Notes: generated from the letters alone by a model not told the origin. DNA of 64,000 bases from Lama guanicoe (GCA_013239625.1 MU056216.1:13790725-13854724), one strand, 5' to 3'; positions 48,523 to 61,970 are shown, numbered from the stretch's first letter. Program-made: numbers and translations.

Positions 48523-51500
48523 TAAGGTGAAATAGATAATTTTCAGACGAGGAAATTGCAATCTGCTATAAAGAGTTCTCCAAAGCTTCCAAAGACTAGT
48601 GGAGTTATTTCGCCACCATTCAGAGCTGTGATGGAGCGTGTGAAACTGTGTGATACGGCTGAGAATACAGAGTAAATATCCTTTAAGTAGTGTGGTGATG
48701 GCATGGGGTGTGGGCTGTGTGTGTATCTGCACGTCCAGGTGTTTTATTAACAACTTAGAGAATTTCTGTCTCCACATTTTGTTGTGAACCCATAGTCTTC
48801 ACATGTCCTCAAAATTTCTGAATGATTTATAGACACCGTTTTTTTTCTGTTGGGTGAGTAAAGAATTGTATCTTTAACTGTATAGATACATCAACAATCT
48901 GAAGCATCAGAATTATATTTTGAGGTAGCTGATGAAAATTAGAGGTTACTGGAGCGTCTGTAAATAGCCGAAAAGGAAAAGCCGAAATTCCCTCAAATTT
49001 GGAGTAACATGAAGCTCCGATTTTAATAAGTGTTCCAAGACTGATTTTTCAGAATGAACTCATCCCTGATCTGTTTCCAGCCGCCTCTCTGAGTAAAGGC
49101 TTTGCAGGGAGGACCTAATGTCACATTCCCAGGGGACGGTGAATTCTTCCACACTGCAGGTACACAAGGACATCAGCTTCCAGAAGCAGGCAAACAAGTT
49201 TCCGTGGAGAGGGAACCTGCAATTTGAAGTTATTTTGAGAAATGATTTCATTGTCTTGTATTACGGAATATTATATAAGATAATCTACTAATTACCTCAT
49301 ACATAGCAGTTTCTCATTAATTGAACAGAGCAGTTCTGTTCACTTCCTTTCAAGGCGTAGTACACAATTTCACAGACAGCAGTTAGGGGAAGGGGCCCTG
49401 GGGAGCACTGTTCTTGCGTGTGGTGCGTGCATCACCCCGCTTATTGGCTTCACCTTTGAAACTAAGCAAGGCACCAAACATGTCCTTTCATGTCAGAATC
49501 AGGAGATGTGTTTCCAGGAAGAGCAATCGCACTTTATTTTGGAGCTGAAGACTTAGGTGGAGCAGATGACAAGACACAAAGCAGGACTTTGACCTTGAAC
49601 CTTGACTTTGAACCATGATCGGTGGTATTTTCCTCTCATGTCAGGGCAGCAGGGAGCAGGAAGCCGTCTGCTGGCCCCTTGCGCCAGCCCTGTGGGAGGA
49701 AGAGTTTAGCGCTTTGCCAGTCAATCTGCAGCACGGGCTGGGGTCCAACACACCAGGAGAGTGCCTGACACATGCTGCTCAGACTTGGGCTTAATTCAGT
49801 TATAATTTTTTTTTCCAACTTCTAATGTTCTTTCTGAAAGAAGCTCAAGAAACTGAAACAGATTGAGGCTGTTGGCTCTGCATGCATTTTGGTATTTATC
49901 CATCTTACCATGAGCCCGGGAGTTTGGGTGGGCACAAGCCTTGGTGGTAGACCTTCAGTAAGTGCTTCCCGATGAATAAGCAAATGCAGAAACACACGAA
50001 CCACTTCCTGGGTGGAGCTGTACCTGCCTGTAGATGCCCACGGTCTCCCGGCGCTGGGGCACCAGCCAGGTGTGGCGACCTTTAGACGAGGTTCAGTATC
50101 TCAAGCTCTCAGGGACTGTCTGCTAACTTGAGGCTGAGGTCTGGCATTGATGGCCCCTGTCTTGGTCTCTTGTTTCTTTAAAGAGATAGTTAATTCTCTG
50201 GTGTCAGAGACCACGTATCGTTTTCATAGGAAAAGCAGGAAAGCGAGGAAACGAGCTGTCTAGAGCTGGAGTGAAAGGGGAGCAGGAGGCATGGGAGGGA
50301 GGAATAGAGCGTTTGCTCTGCTTGTTCTGTGCTGTGGATGGAGCTGGGGTGGGTGTCACACACGTTATTTACGCTTACCCCCCTCCCCAAGAGACTCCGA
50401 GATAGATGTTGTTATGTCCGTTTCAAGTATTAAAAAACCAAAGCACGTGGAGATTGAGTGTCTCGTCCTCAGGCCCCGCAGCCGGCACGTGGCGGGGCTG
50501 TGGTCTGTACGCTGGCTCGGCTGCTCCGTCGTGAGCTGTTTATGCGGAGACACGGCCGATAACACAGGGGGACACTGACTGTGTCTCCTGAAGATGTGGG
50601 CTGCATAGGAAGGACGCAGTGCCGTGGTTCATTTGGAAGAAGCAGTAACTTATTAAAGGAATCTTCATATCATTTTATATTAGTGGAAAAATTTAATATG
50701 CAACTTACTATAGTCTATGCAAAGTGCAAAGTGCTTTACCTCATCTGGTACACACATGCACACACACGCGCGCTCACACACACACAGGATCCAGTGAGGC
50801 AGATGTAAGTGTCCTTCCCATCTTACAAGTGGCAAAATTAAGGCTGAAGACACTTTACGGCCAAAACAATCTTGAAAAAGAACAAAGTTGGAGGGCTATG
50901 CTTCAAGAATGCCTATTTAATTTTTTTGGAAAAATCCATTTCCAAGAATGGTGGCAGTATATAAGAAAGGGGGGGAGGTTAGATAAGACAATTATTTATT
51001 ATATAGGAGCAAAATAAGAACACATTCTATTAAGTCTTCAAAAAACCAACCTTCGGAACCCTAGGAGGCAACCCCCACCTGCAGAGAGTGAGCTCTCGGG
51101 GCCCCAGGGAAGACACAGGAATGGCAGACACGGAGGGGGGAACCAGGCTCCACCCCAGAGTCACCCCTGCCTCTGAGCTGACCTCAGGACCATGGTGGCT
51201 TCCCCTCTGTGGCCAGTGGGGAGGGAGTGGGCGGAGCTGGGAGTCCCCTGTGCCCCCGCAGGCTCCTCTCTGCAGCTGAGCCCTGCTGCCTTCTGTCCCT
51301 GCCGCAGACCAAATGAGGGAGAAATTAGGCTCTGATTGGAAAAATTAAACAAATGACAAATCCCTTACTACGCCTGGAAAATTCCACTGTCTGATGAGAA
51401 GCATTGAGATTGCTAACAGAACAGACAAAGTTCACGAACGCTGGGGACTCTGTGTAACGCCCTTGCTGTCCAGGTCCAGTCCCTGGGCTGGAGTGCAGGT

Positions 51501-52289
51501 AGTGTGTTAATAACAGCAGCTAGCACTGACTGGCACTTCCCTGTGGTCCGCACCACGGCGGCCGTGCCTGGTGCTCCCCCGGATCTGCCCCGCCTTGCCG
51601 AGGCGGTGCTGCAGGCGCCCCTCCTCTCCTTCCCCTCCCTCCTGGATTCTGTGAGACAGCCCAGAATCCCTTCAGTCCCTTACCTTTTATGTGTTTATTT
51701 GCTTTTGGTTGAGCCATTTCAAGTGGGTTCTGTTGAACTGAGGGTCCATGATTGAGGGGTTATACCCATTCTACAGATGCTAAAATGGACACTCAGGGGA
51801 GTTTCATGATATGCCCAAAGCTAGCAAATGGTGGCACCGGAATTCGTTCCCAGGTCCATTTGGCACCAAAGTCCACCATGTCCACCTGCCTTTCCAGGGT
51901 GCTGTCCCAGGTGGTTGAGGTGCAGGGTGGGAGCAGGTGGACAGATGTTGCCCACTGGTCTACATGAAATGCAGTTACAGACTGGGCAGGGGCCTGAGGT
52001 TGGCAGCTAGACAGGCCTTCGGGAGAGCGTGGTCAGGAGGGTGCCCAGGGAGAAACCCGCCTTGGTGAAGCCTCTGGGACAGAGGCCCTGGCGTACTCAG
52101 ACTATGCGGGTCAGCCCTGCCTCTTCAGCTCCTGGAGGAGGCCCCATTCTGCTGTATAATATTCCATGTGCTGGTGTGGGTCTTGGTTGGATATAGAATT
52201 TAGAAAGAAGGAAGACTGTCAAGCAGTATTTTCTTTTGAAAACCATTAGCTTAAGGCAGTTTTGGATAGAAAGCTCCTGGGTGGGTTTT

Positions 52290-53012
52290 CTTTTAATTGA
52301 AGTTTAGTTGATTTATAATGTTGTGTTAGTTTCAGGTGTATAGCAAAGTGATTCAGTTACACATACATTATACATATGTTCTTTTCCATTATAGGCTCTT
52401 ACAAGGTATTGAATATAGTTCCCTATGCTATACAGTAGGACCTTGTTGTTTATCTATTTTATATATGTAGTTTGTATCTGCAAATCCCCAACTCCTAATT
52501 TGTCCCTCCTCCCCTTCCCCTTAGGTAACCATAAGTTTGTTTTCTATGTCTGTGAGTCTCTTTCTGTTTTGTAAATAAGTTCATTTGTATTATTTTTTAG
52601 ATTCCACATATAGGTGACATCATATAATATTAATCTTTCTCTGTCTGACCTACTTCACTCAGTGTNNNNNNNNNNNNNNNNNNNNNNNNNNNNNNNNNNN
52701 NNNNNNNNNNNNNNNNNNNNNNNNNNNNNNNNNNNNNNNNNNNNNNNNNNNNNNNNNNNNNNNNNNNNNNNNNNNNNNNNNNNNNNNNNNNNNNNNNNNN
52801 NNNNNNNNNNNNNNNNNNNNNNNNNNNNNNNNNNNNNNNNNNNNNNNNNNNNNNTTTTCAAATTAGAGTTTTTGTCTTTTCTGGATATATGCCCAGGAGG
52901 GGGATTGCTGGATCACAATGTAGCTCTGTTTTTAGTTATTTAAGAAACCTCCATATTGTTCTCCATAGTGGCTGTGCCAGTTTACATTCCCACCCACAGT
53001 GCAGGAGGGTCC
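52290..53012 (-). mobile_element. 5'-truncated LINE-1 with TSD, spanning gap 52666-52854
   Basis: ttaattgaagtttagttgatttataatgttgtgttagtttcaggtg...aacctccatattgttctccatagtggctg. TSD cctgggtgggtttt (52276-52289) / cttgggtgggcttt (53013-53026). Confidence 0.9.
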
Positions 53013-55219
53013 CTTGGGTGGGCTTTGAACTCCCACCTTCCTGTTCCCTGCCCGCACCCCCACCATACACAGACATCTGGTTGGCAGAGCCCTGTCTGCT
53101 GGGAAAGGGTGTCCCTGCTGAGGGACAAACAACCTATCCAGAAGCTCTGCCCAAGTATATAGTTCTTCAGAACACGTTCGTCTCTGAGTTCTTTGCCCCT
53201 CCATCCTGAATGTTGGGACCTCTGGTGGTGCCAGCACTGGTGAGGGAGGGAGCCCCTCATGGGGCCTGCATTGGGCAGCTCTGGCCCTGAAGGGCTTGTC
53301 CACGCCTTGGGACAACCTGGGTGATTGGAGGACACGTGTTCTGCTGGAGGAAGGCTGCCTTGTCTGTCAAGGACAACCAGACGTGTCTCTGGGCACAGGT
53401 AGATTTCTTACTGGTTGTTGCTTTCAGAAAGTTCACTGGGGCCGGCCTGAGCAGAGGGACGCTGGCATCTGCACCCGCCTTCTTACTTGGGCTCCTGACC
53501 AGAAGGCAGAGCCCCTGGGAGAAGGAAACCTTGCGTTGCTGTGAAGCAGGCGGCCCCCCGCCCTTTCCTGTCTCCTGTCTCAGTGACTTAGCGACTGAAC
53601 CAGCACCACCTGGTGACTTGGCCTCCTGGGCTGGCACCATCGCCACCCACGCTCCAGCCAGCATTCTGAGATCAGCCCATCTCGCCTGTTCTGAAAACAT
53701 GAGGGCTTGAAGATTTTGTTGAACACTGAAAAAAAAATCAATACACGAGGCTGTATATTGAAGTATATTCACCTGAACACAGAAACTAAGGTAGTGACCC
53801 TTCAGTTTGACCACCCAGCTCTGTGGACGCTTGGAGGCTGACCTCTCCCTGACTCGAGCCTCTGTGTGAATGCCGGTGTTCTGTACAGACGCTGCGCGCA
53901 GGCCGAGCAAGCCAGCACCCCCCACCCCCGCGCCCGCAGCTCAGGGCGGACGGAGCACTTGCATTTGGTGGAGACTCGCAGATTCCTCTATCTGAATTGA
54001 ACACAGATAACAAGTGGCCTTAGCAGAGAAACTCTTGTCATTTTGTTGCTAAAAACAGGTATTTCAGTGATTTTGAACTATGATTCTTGTCATGGTGTAG
54101 AGAGTCCAGCTTCTGATGGTTCTAAAAAGGCGTCCACATATTCACTCAGTAATGAAATGTTATTCAGCCAGTATTTGTCGAGCACCGACTTCGTGTCCGG
54201 CTGTGTTCTGGGTCCTGTGGTTGGCACGTGGATGGCAGGGCTGCCCCGCCCTTGGGGGGCCACTGACTGTGGGAGAAAGGCGGGCGGTTGCTGGGGGGCC
54301 GTGCTCTGCGGGAAGTGCTAGTTGAGCTGTGGCACGTCTGTGGGCTTTGAGACAGCAGGTTTGCTTCACGCAGAATAGGCTGTCTTAGCCTGACACCTGG
54401 TGGTCAACCTTGCAGTTACGTGTTTGTCACCTTTTTGCATCCTGACTTGCACGTATCCTGTCCCCAGCATTGTTTTTAATTTAAAAATCCAGTCTCCCCA
54501 CTCCCACCCGCTCTCACGCCTGGTTGTTCCCTCCCTGAGATCCTGGGAACTAGAGAGTCTCGCTGTCTCTTGCATTCTCCTGCTGACTGGTCATTGACCT
54601 TTCTTTGCAGTGGCCACAGGGGCATCTTTTCCTGTTTCCTCTCCTTTTTTGCTCTTTGTTGCCTCTTGTTTACTTTCCAACCCGTTTCCCATCAAGCTGG
54701 GACCTTTCTCCCTGCTGGTCACCACCCTCCAGAGCGGGGCACAGTGTTCCAGGGCTCAGAACTGAATGCGGCCCTTCCTGCAGACCCAGGACAGGCTTGG
54801 CTCCTCTCCAGCTGTTAGACACAGGGAAGGCATTTCCAAAGGGGCTTCCGGGAACCTCTTCGGCATCTCATGTTCCTGGAACTGTGGCTAAGCTCAGACG
54901 TATGAATGATCCGCCACCGGAGCCTTGGAGGCTGAGGGAAGTGGGAGCCAGTGTGCAGGGAGGGGCTGCATTTGCATTTTTTTCTCTATAGTAACCAGTG
55001 TTCCCATCTTTGACAAATCACTTTGTGAGGACAAGTTTACTGAGTGATTTGAATAGAGAAGGAGGGAGGATGGGGAAGGGAGAGGAGTGGGGGCAGTTGA
55101 TACAAGGACCAACCCTCATTCATTAAAAAAAAAAAGTCAGGGATGAATAGAATCAGTCGCAGCCTCACACCCCAGTAAGGGGGGGTGTCACTGATGAGGG
55201 GGTCCCTGGTGTGTGACCC

Positions 55220-55470
55220 TGTTTACCCAGAGACCAAAAGCAGACAGCACCAATCTACGGTGACCGGAGTCGGAGTAGTGCTTCCTTCTGGCGGTGGGGG
55301 AAGCGTGCGGCGGGGTGGGTGGACTGGGCACAGGGAGGGGCACAGGGCCCCCGGGGACTGAAAGTGCTCTGTGTCTTCATCTGGCTGATGGCTGCACAGG
55401 AGTGTACACATGTAAAAGTTCTCTTAGAATTCATGCGTTTTTCCATCTGTATATTCTACCAAAGAGAAAG
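55220..55470 (+). mobile_element. Old L1 (L1MB/ME-like) 3' end
   Basis: caatctacggtgaccggagtcggagtagtg...gtgctctgtgtcttcatctgg...cacaggagtgtacacatgtaaaa. Confidence 0.6.
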
Positions 55471-55509
55471 AGGAAACAATTAGTTATGATGGTCACCAGG
55501 AAGACCCTA

Positions 55510-55664
55510 GGGGAGGGGAGAGCTCAATGGTAGGGCTTGTGCTTAGCATGCATGAGGCCCTGGGTTCAGTCCCCAGTACTTCCGTTAAAAAAATAAAATA
55601 ATCAATAAACTTTATTACCTCCTTCTAAAACGAATACACAAAAATTGGAAAAAACCAAACAAAC
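55510..55664 (+). mobile_element. Vic-1-like SINE
   Basis: agctcaatggtag...gcttagcatgcatgaggccctgggttcagtccccagtac plus A-rich tail. Confidence 0.88.
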
Positions 55665-56864
55665 AGAAGCATCCTTACTGGCCGTCCGCTGGCATCTCGG
55701 GAGAAGAGCAGCAGCAGCAGGGTCTGGGGAGACCCACGTGCGGAAGTGCCGGGCCAGGGTAGGGCGTTGTGCTGGGGGAGGGGGGAGGGAGGAGTTGTCA
55801 AGGGGTCTTGTTCGAGTTCTTTCATTTTAAAAATTTCCCCTTTTTAAGTTGGCCACAATGTCTGCCCCAGAGAGGATGATCTAGCTGTGGGTGCTTGCCT
55901 GCCAAGTCTGGGGGATTTTCTGCCCGGACTGTGGCCAGGCTCTCCAGAGGGACCCTACTTCCTAGCAAGCACCCAGGCCCGAGACCCTTCGAGACACTTG
56001 CAGCTCAGCATCCGACTTAACGTTTGTAGAGCTTGGCTTTGAGAAAACTGGGGAATTTCCAGTTCCCTGAGCCCCACCTTCCAGGTGTGGAAGCCTCTGG
56101 AGCTGGGCTGTCCTGAGGGCCATGAACCCAGGTCAGGGAGGAGGGTGCAGAGCCAGTGGTCATTTGTGACCCCAGGACGTGTGACATCAGCTTCCCTTCC
56201 TGAGTGCACCGGCTGCGGAGCAGTGTGGGCACGGAAGTTATGAGCTTTTTGTTGGTGCTTCGGGGTGACGTTCTGCACGGCTGGCCGTGGTGCTTACTCG
56301 CTGCTGGTTATCAGTGCGCTGTCATGCTTCAAACTGCCAGGGGATGGCAGAGATGAACGCCAGCTGGCCTCAGACTGAGCGGCGCCCGGGACAAGCCTCG
56401 CGTGCTGGGTTTCCTTGCTTTCTTTTTTCTTTTTATTGTAGAGTGATTTTTTTTTTGACCTGAAAATTTTTATGCAAGGTAGAGAGGGAAAACAAAATCC
56501 CCTAATCTAAGGGCACGAGAATCCTATTGGTGTCCTGCTGTTTTCTTTGCTTTTTCCTTCTCTCTATTTGACGACAGAAGTAGAAGAAAACACAAGACAG
56601 ATAGTCGGGGTCTGGGGGGATGTGTGTCCGGAGAGCTGAGCGGGCAGGGCATTCATTCACACACATCAATTTCTCGAGTGTACGTGGGGGCATCGACACC
56701 CGGGTTCCGTTCTAACATCAGTGTGTGAAGGGCAAAAATCATGTCCAACCAGAATTACCTTTGAAATTCCCTTAAATCCCCCACAAAACACCATGCAATG
56801 GTTTTGGTACACAGTTCTGCAGGATAATTCTTATAAACACGTAACTTTGAAAATCACTGAACTC

Positions 56865-57017
56865 GAGGAGGGTATAGCTCAGTGGTAGAGCGCATGCCTA
56901 GCGTGCATGAAGTCCTGAGTTCAATTCCCAGTACCTCCATTAAGTAAATAAATCTAATTACCTAGCCCCATTAAAAAACGTAAAAAACAAAACAAAAAAA
57001 TTAAAACTTATAAAAAA
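56865..57017 (+). mobile_element. Vic-1-like SINE with perfect 16-bp TSD
   Basis: gaggagggtatagctcagtggtagagcgcatg... TSD gaaaatcactgaactc at 56849-56864 and 57018-57033. Confidence 0.93.
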
Positions 57018-58552
57018 GAAAATCACTGAACTCAACTGCAGGAGAATTCTATATGTAGAAATTAGGGCTTGATAAGAAAATGTCCATTTTTTGACACTTG
57101 TGTTCTGTGGAATAGAGGTGTAGAGTCCCTGTAGAGTCCTTTCATTTTGTTTCAATGCTCGGCCTCTACACCTTTAACCCCTGGCAGTAGACTTGCTGTG
57201 TGGGGGTCAGTGAGGCGGGGAAGCCTCCTTACTTTGGTCATAAAGGGAAGAGCCTCCCTTCAAGTAGGGCTTTAAATGTAGGCTATGGACAAGACCTTCG
57301 GGAACCTTACCTTTTTTTATGCCATTAATTTATAAGACTGATTAGGCTCTGCAGACAGTCAGCATCCTTTTCTCTTCATCCCCCCCCAAAGGATTCATCT
57401 AACCCCCCCCCCCATTGCCCTTCCCACCCAACACCAGGCACAGAGCCTGGGCACGTTCATCACAGACCACCTCCAGCCACTTCCAGCCGGCAGGCCTGTG
57501 TTGGAGGGATAAACCCCGTCCGCCCGCTTCCTTTATACCACCAGCCCTGGACCGTTTCCTGATGGGATTTCTGATGCTTTGGGGGACTTACTGAAAACCA
57601 GTTTCCACAGCAGACCTTCAAGCAGTGTAGAAGATTTGAGTACGTGGACGCTTTTGAGTTTCAGCATTTTGTTCAAGATGGTGGAGGGAACCACCTTTGA
57701 GTCCAAGGCATAGCCTGGCATTGCCCAGTGATGTGTCAGATTTGACCAGAATCACTGAACTCCTTTAAAATGGCTGTTGACCAAAGAGACTGACATGAAA
57801 TGCCAGTCATTAGATTGAAGGATGGGATTAAATAGGTTTCATGAGGACCAACAGATCTGAAACAGAAATAATGCACTCTGAATTCTGGGAACGAGGGCGG
57901 GAGCTGCTGTGACATGGCCACCTGCTGGCCCCAGAGTCCCGGCGCAGGCCCCGAAGGGCTGTGACTCCTGGGAGCACAGTTCACACAGCCACAAGTCTCC
58001 CAGGTACATGGGGACAGATGGCCCAGCTGCCTTCCCCCTCTGCAGCTTTAGCTAAATTACAGAGGCTGCGATGTGCAGAGAAACGTCTTCAGGAAGTGCA
58101 CACAGGAGGCACTGTAAAACCCCTCTGGGCTGTGTGTGCTCTGTTTATTTAGCAGTTTGGAAGGTGAAAACCATGGTGGAGTAAACCACTTTTCCTCCAG
58201 ACTGCTCTCTTGCTTGGCTTTATGGCTGTCTTTGGGCTTTTAAGCACTGAGCTCTTTTTCCTTGAAAACAATTTAAATTATGACTTGGTGGCGAAGGAGG
58301 AGATCTCTGTGGAAGGTTACCCTCAGAAACCGAGGGCGCAGCACTGGGCTGTAGGGCCGCGGAGGGGCGGCCCGTGTGGGTCCTTCCTGGAGAGGGCTCT
58401 GCTGGCCTCACTCAGCATGTGTCGGGGCTGGAGGGGCTGCTGGCCCCTTGGGGTGGCTGGGCCTGGGCTTCCCTCCCTCACCGCCCACCTGGTCACCCCT
58501 CCTGAGTCCATCAGCTGTTCCCCTTCTGATTTCTCAGAAAGTAGAATTGAGA

Positions 58553-58678
58553 GGGGAGGAGGGTAGAGCTCAGTGGTGGAGTGAGTGCTTAGCATGCACG
58601 AGGTCCTGGGTTCAATCCCCAGCACCTCCGTTAAAATAAACATAATTACCTCCCTACCAAAAATAAAATTAAAAAAAA
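58553..58678 (+). mobile_element. Vic-1-like SINE
   Basis: gggtagagctcagtggtggag...gcttagcatgcacgaggtcctgggttcaatccccagcacctcc plus tail taattacctccc. Confidence 0.9.
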
Positions 58679-59346
58679 TTATAGTTGATGGTGGCTTTGA
58701 GGGAGAAAATAAAAGGACTGAGTAGGGGTGGAGGGGGAGAGATGTGGGGAATAGGAATGAAGGGGGAAGGAGGGGTGCTGAGCAGGAAGGTTCTAGAAGG
58801 CTGCCTTCCTGACTGCAGCATGGCTGCCAAGAGGGGAACCTGACAAGCCGGGGAAGTCTGGGCTCCTCTTGTCACGGATTATAGTGGAAAGCTGCTCCCT
58901 GCTGTGAGCAGAGTCCGCAGGGGGTATGTGGCTGGAAGGGGCCTGGGAGCCGGCAGCCCACACCCCCTCCAGGGCCTGAGCTTTCTAGAAGGGGACCTCC
59001 TCACTAGTTGGTTCAGTGAACAATTTTGTCCCCTTTATGCCGGGTCAGAGGCCAGAGTGGTGGCCGAGCCCCACCCTCCGTGGGACAGCCAGTGTCCTGC
59101 AAGTTCTAGGCCGCAGTCAGCCCCACTAGCCGCCGCCGGGGATGTTGACCGGCCGCCATGCGGACCAGCTTCTGACGCAGGTTTGTGGGCCCCACGCTGC
59201 CTCCTGGGCCGGGGCTGCCGCCTCCTGTCCGGCTGGGGCGCTGAGCAGGCCTGGAGCTGGGGGAGCCCGCAGGTGTTCGCTCAGCCCTTCCCCTGCCTCC
59301 GCGGGAGAGGGCCGCCAACTGTGGCAGGTCAAGGCCTGGGAGTCTC

Positions 59347-59693
59347 TTTTTTATTGAAATACACAAATTTCAATAAAATTATTTTATTGAAATATGTAAA
59401 TACTGATTTACAATTTGTGTTAATTTCAGGTGTACAGCACAGTGATTCAGTTATACATACACGTATGTGTGTGTACATGTATATTTTTTCAGATTCTTTT
59501 CCTTATGGATTATTGTAAGACATTGAATGTAGTTCCCTGTGCTATACAGTAGGTCCTTGTTGTTTATCTAGTAGTTTGTATCTGCTAATCCCAAACTCCT
59601 CATTTATCCCTCCCCCACTTTCCCCTTTGGTAACCAGAGTTTGTTTTCTATGTCTGTGAGTCTGTTTCTGTTTTGTAAGTAAATTCATTTGTC
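59347..59693 (-). mobile_element. LINE-1 3' end fragment
   Basis: tttcaggtgtacagcacagtgattcagttatacat...agttccctgtgctatacagtaggtccttgttg, same family as the 52290 copy. Confidence 0.88.
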
Positions 59694-60249
59694 CCGTAAA
59701 GCTGAGTCCACACTTACGTGGAAAGAATGGAGAAGCAGATGCCTGCCATCTTAGGAGCTATTCCCCATGCCTCTCCCCAAACCCACCAGCAAAAAGGAAA
59801 CCTCCCGATGATCAGTGGAACTTTACACTTCCTACTGAGTGCGTTATACCAGGGCACTTAGCGGAAATTAAATGAACGGTAAATAGCTTGCAGGAATTGA
59901 TCGATGGGTAGGAAAAAAATGACTGATCTAAACCAACTTCATTAGAAAAAAGAGAGAGAACCTCCGGGGAGTATGGCCTGTGGCAGGAACGTCCTTCCAC
60001 GGGGAAGTGGCAGGGCTGTGAGCATGACTTGCTGAGCTGAGCCCCCAAACAGATCGCACCTCCTCCCCCAGCACAGCTGGATTCTAAATGGACTTCTCTT
60101 CAGGCCGCCCTCTGTCCCGGAGTCTCCAAGCCAAGGATGAGTTTGAACTATGTTTCCTACCACACAGTATTGGTAATTAACTCCACCTTCGTCTAGATGC
60201 CTTTGGAGGGAAAGATCTTTAAATAAACCTGAGTCATGTGTCACTGGCA

Positions 60250-60345
60250 GTGTCTTAGAGCTTTATATAAACTTGTTTAATTCTTAGGACAACCCCATGA
60301 GATAGGAACTGTTGTTACCCCATTTTACAGGTGAGGAGGTGGAGG
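60250..60345 (-). mobile_element. MIR fragment
   Basis: tttaattctt...aaccccatgagatagg...ccccattttacaggtgagga. Confidence 0.7.
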
Positions 60346-61202
60346 CCAGGCTGGGATCCACATCTGTGACCACCTTGCTGCCATGGCCACATCCCCTTCT
60401 CTTACCCTCCTTGGCTGTTGCCTTACGCTCTTTGGGCCTGGAAACTGAGATTTCTCGTCCTCTTCACCCCTAGCGATGTCAGTGATTCTAGTGGACAGGC
60501 CAGCACTGTCCCTTCTGACCCCAAAGGGGTGTCCTGCTCCCTGGCCCTTGTGGTCCCCGATCCCTGCCTGGCACCAGGCTCTGGAGGCTACAAGAGGAAG
60601 CCCATCCCATATCTGCCCTCCAGGCCACCGATGAAGGCTCTGGGGCCAAACCCAATAAAAAACCAAGGAATAGATTTCTGGGATTGCAAACAAGGGCCAA
60701 GAGAGGTTGGAGGGCTGTCTGCAACCCTGGAGCGCCCGGCACCGTGCTTTGCAACAGGGGATGCTCAGGAAATACTTGGTAAATATGTTAGTCCTGAGAC
60801 TCAACGTCACAGCCTGGCCTCACTTGTTGGTAAGGACCAGGGGTCCCAAGTCCCCAGGATACACACGTTAACTGTCCCCAGGAGACGGCCTGTGGGCCCG
60901 GACATCAAAACAGAAATGAGTGGGCCCTGCCTCTCCAGCCCACCTGATGGCCCTGGCCAGTTTGCACCACCCAGCAAAGGGACCAGCACCCTTGACCTCT
61001 GGATCCTGGGGAACTTGGTTCCTGAATGAACCAGGGCGAGATGCAGAGATCTCTCTGACGTGGGGGAAAAGGGGAGGCATTTACCCGGCCAAGTCTCGGG
61101 AGAGACGGGTCTGCGTTTGGCAGTTGACATGTTTCCTTTTTCCAGCTGTGCTTTCTTATGCATGATTTGTGGACTCCTGCCCCAAAGCTCATGACTCACA
61201 GC

Positions 61203-61241
61203 TGTGTGCGTGTGTGTGTGCGTGTGTGTGCGCGTGTGTGT
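61203..61241. repeat. (TG/CG)n microsatellite
   Basis: tgtgtgcgtgtgtgtgtgcgtgtgtgtgcgcgtgtgtgt. Confidence 0.9.
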
Positions 61242-61869
61242 ACATTTCCCTGGGAGAAGGAAGCCTGCTGTCCTGTCAGACGTCTTCTGTCTTTGTTACT
61301 GTCAGAAATGGTTCACAGAGGCTGCTCTGGGCCTCCTCTCTTTCTGGCTGTAAAAAGGATGAAGTCTTTCACCTCAGTCCGTCCTCTCTAGAATAATCTT
61401 CTTAGAGATTGGCCCTTGTCAAACACCTCTCCCCTCAAAAGTGTCCAAACGGCCCCCCGTTGCCTTCCACGTGTGATGCCAACACACTGGCCAGCATTCA
61501 CAGCCACCCCAACCTGGCCCTGGCCTACCTTCCCAGACCTGTGGCCGTTTCGACGTCCTTCTCATGTCCTGGGCTTGGGGCTCCCTCTGCTGGCTTGTCC
61601 TCCTCTTCCTGTCCCCTGACATCCTGACTGTCAGCGTCCAGCTCAGATGCCACCTGCTCCAAGAATATCCTCTTCCCTGATACTCAGAGAGGCGTGGTTC
61701 CCTTCAGCCCAGACCCCCTCAGCAGCATTTGCATCTAAGATGGTTATTCTCCCGTCCAGTCTTGTGTAGTAATTCCTGGCACACAGCCCCACTCCTTGAG
61801 TTCAGAGATGATTGTCTGTGTCATCTTCACACCCACCACAGGTGTTGATTGAACAAACAGTTCTCCTCT

Positions 61870-61970
61870 TTTAATAGCAGAAAGCATCGGTGCTCAGAGA
61901 GGTTAAGTGATTTGCCCCAAGTCACCCAGCTGGTGAGTGGCGGAGTCAGATCTAGAATCCAGATCTGAGG
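61870..61970 (-). mobile_element. MIR fragment
   Basis: gctcagagaggttaagtgatttgccccaagtcacccagctggtgagtggcggagtcagatctagaatccagatctg. Confidence 0.85.

Noticed and set aside
48547-48675. Possible orphan exon (ttttcag|ACG...ACAGA|gtaaat) in unique sequence
   Set aside because: Weak splice signals, unrecognisable peptide and no partner exons.
56865-56940. tRNA-Ala-like sequences (this and seven similar copies)
   Set aside because: They have A-rich tails, TSDs and diverged stems, so they are SINE heads rather than tRNA genes.
53257-61029. Several ~200-aa ORFs (53257-, 58904+, 60418+)
   Set aside because: No homology recognised; composition is typical of GC-rich non-coding DNA and some run into repeats.
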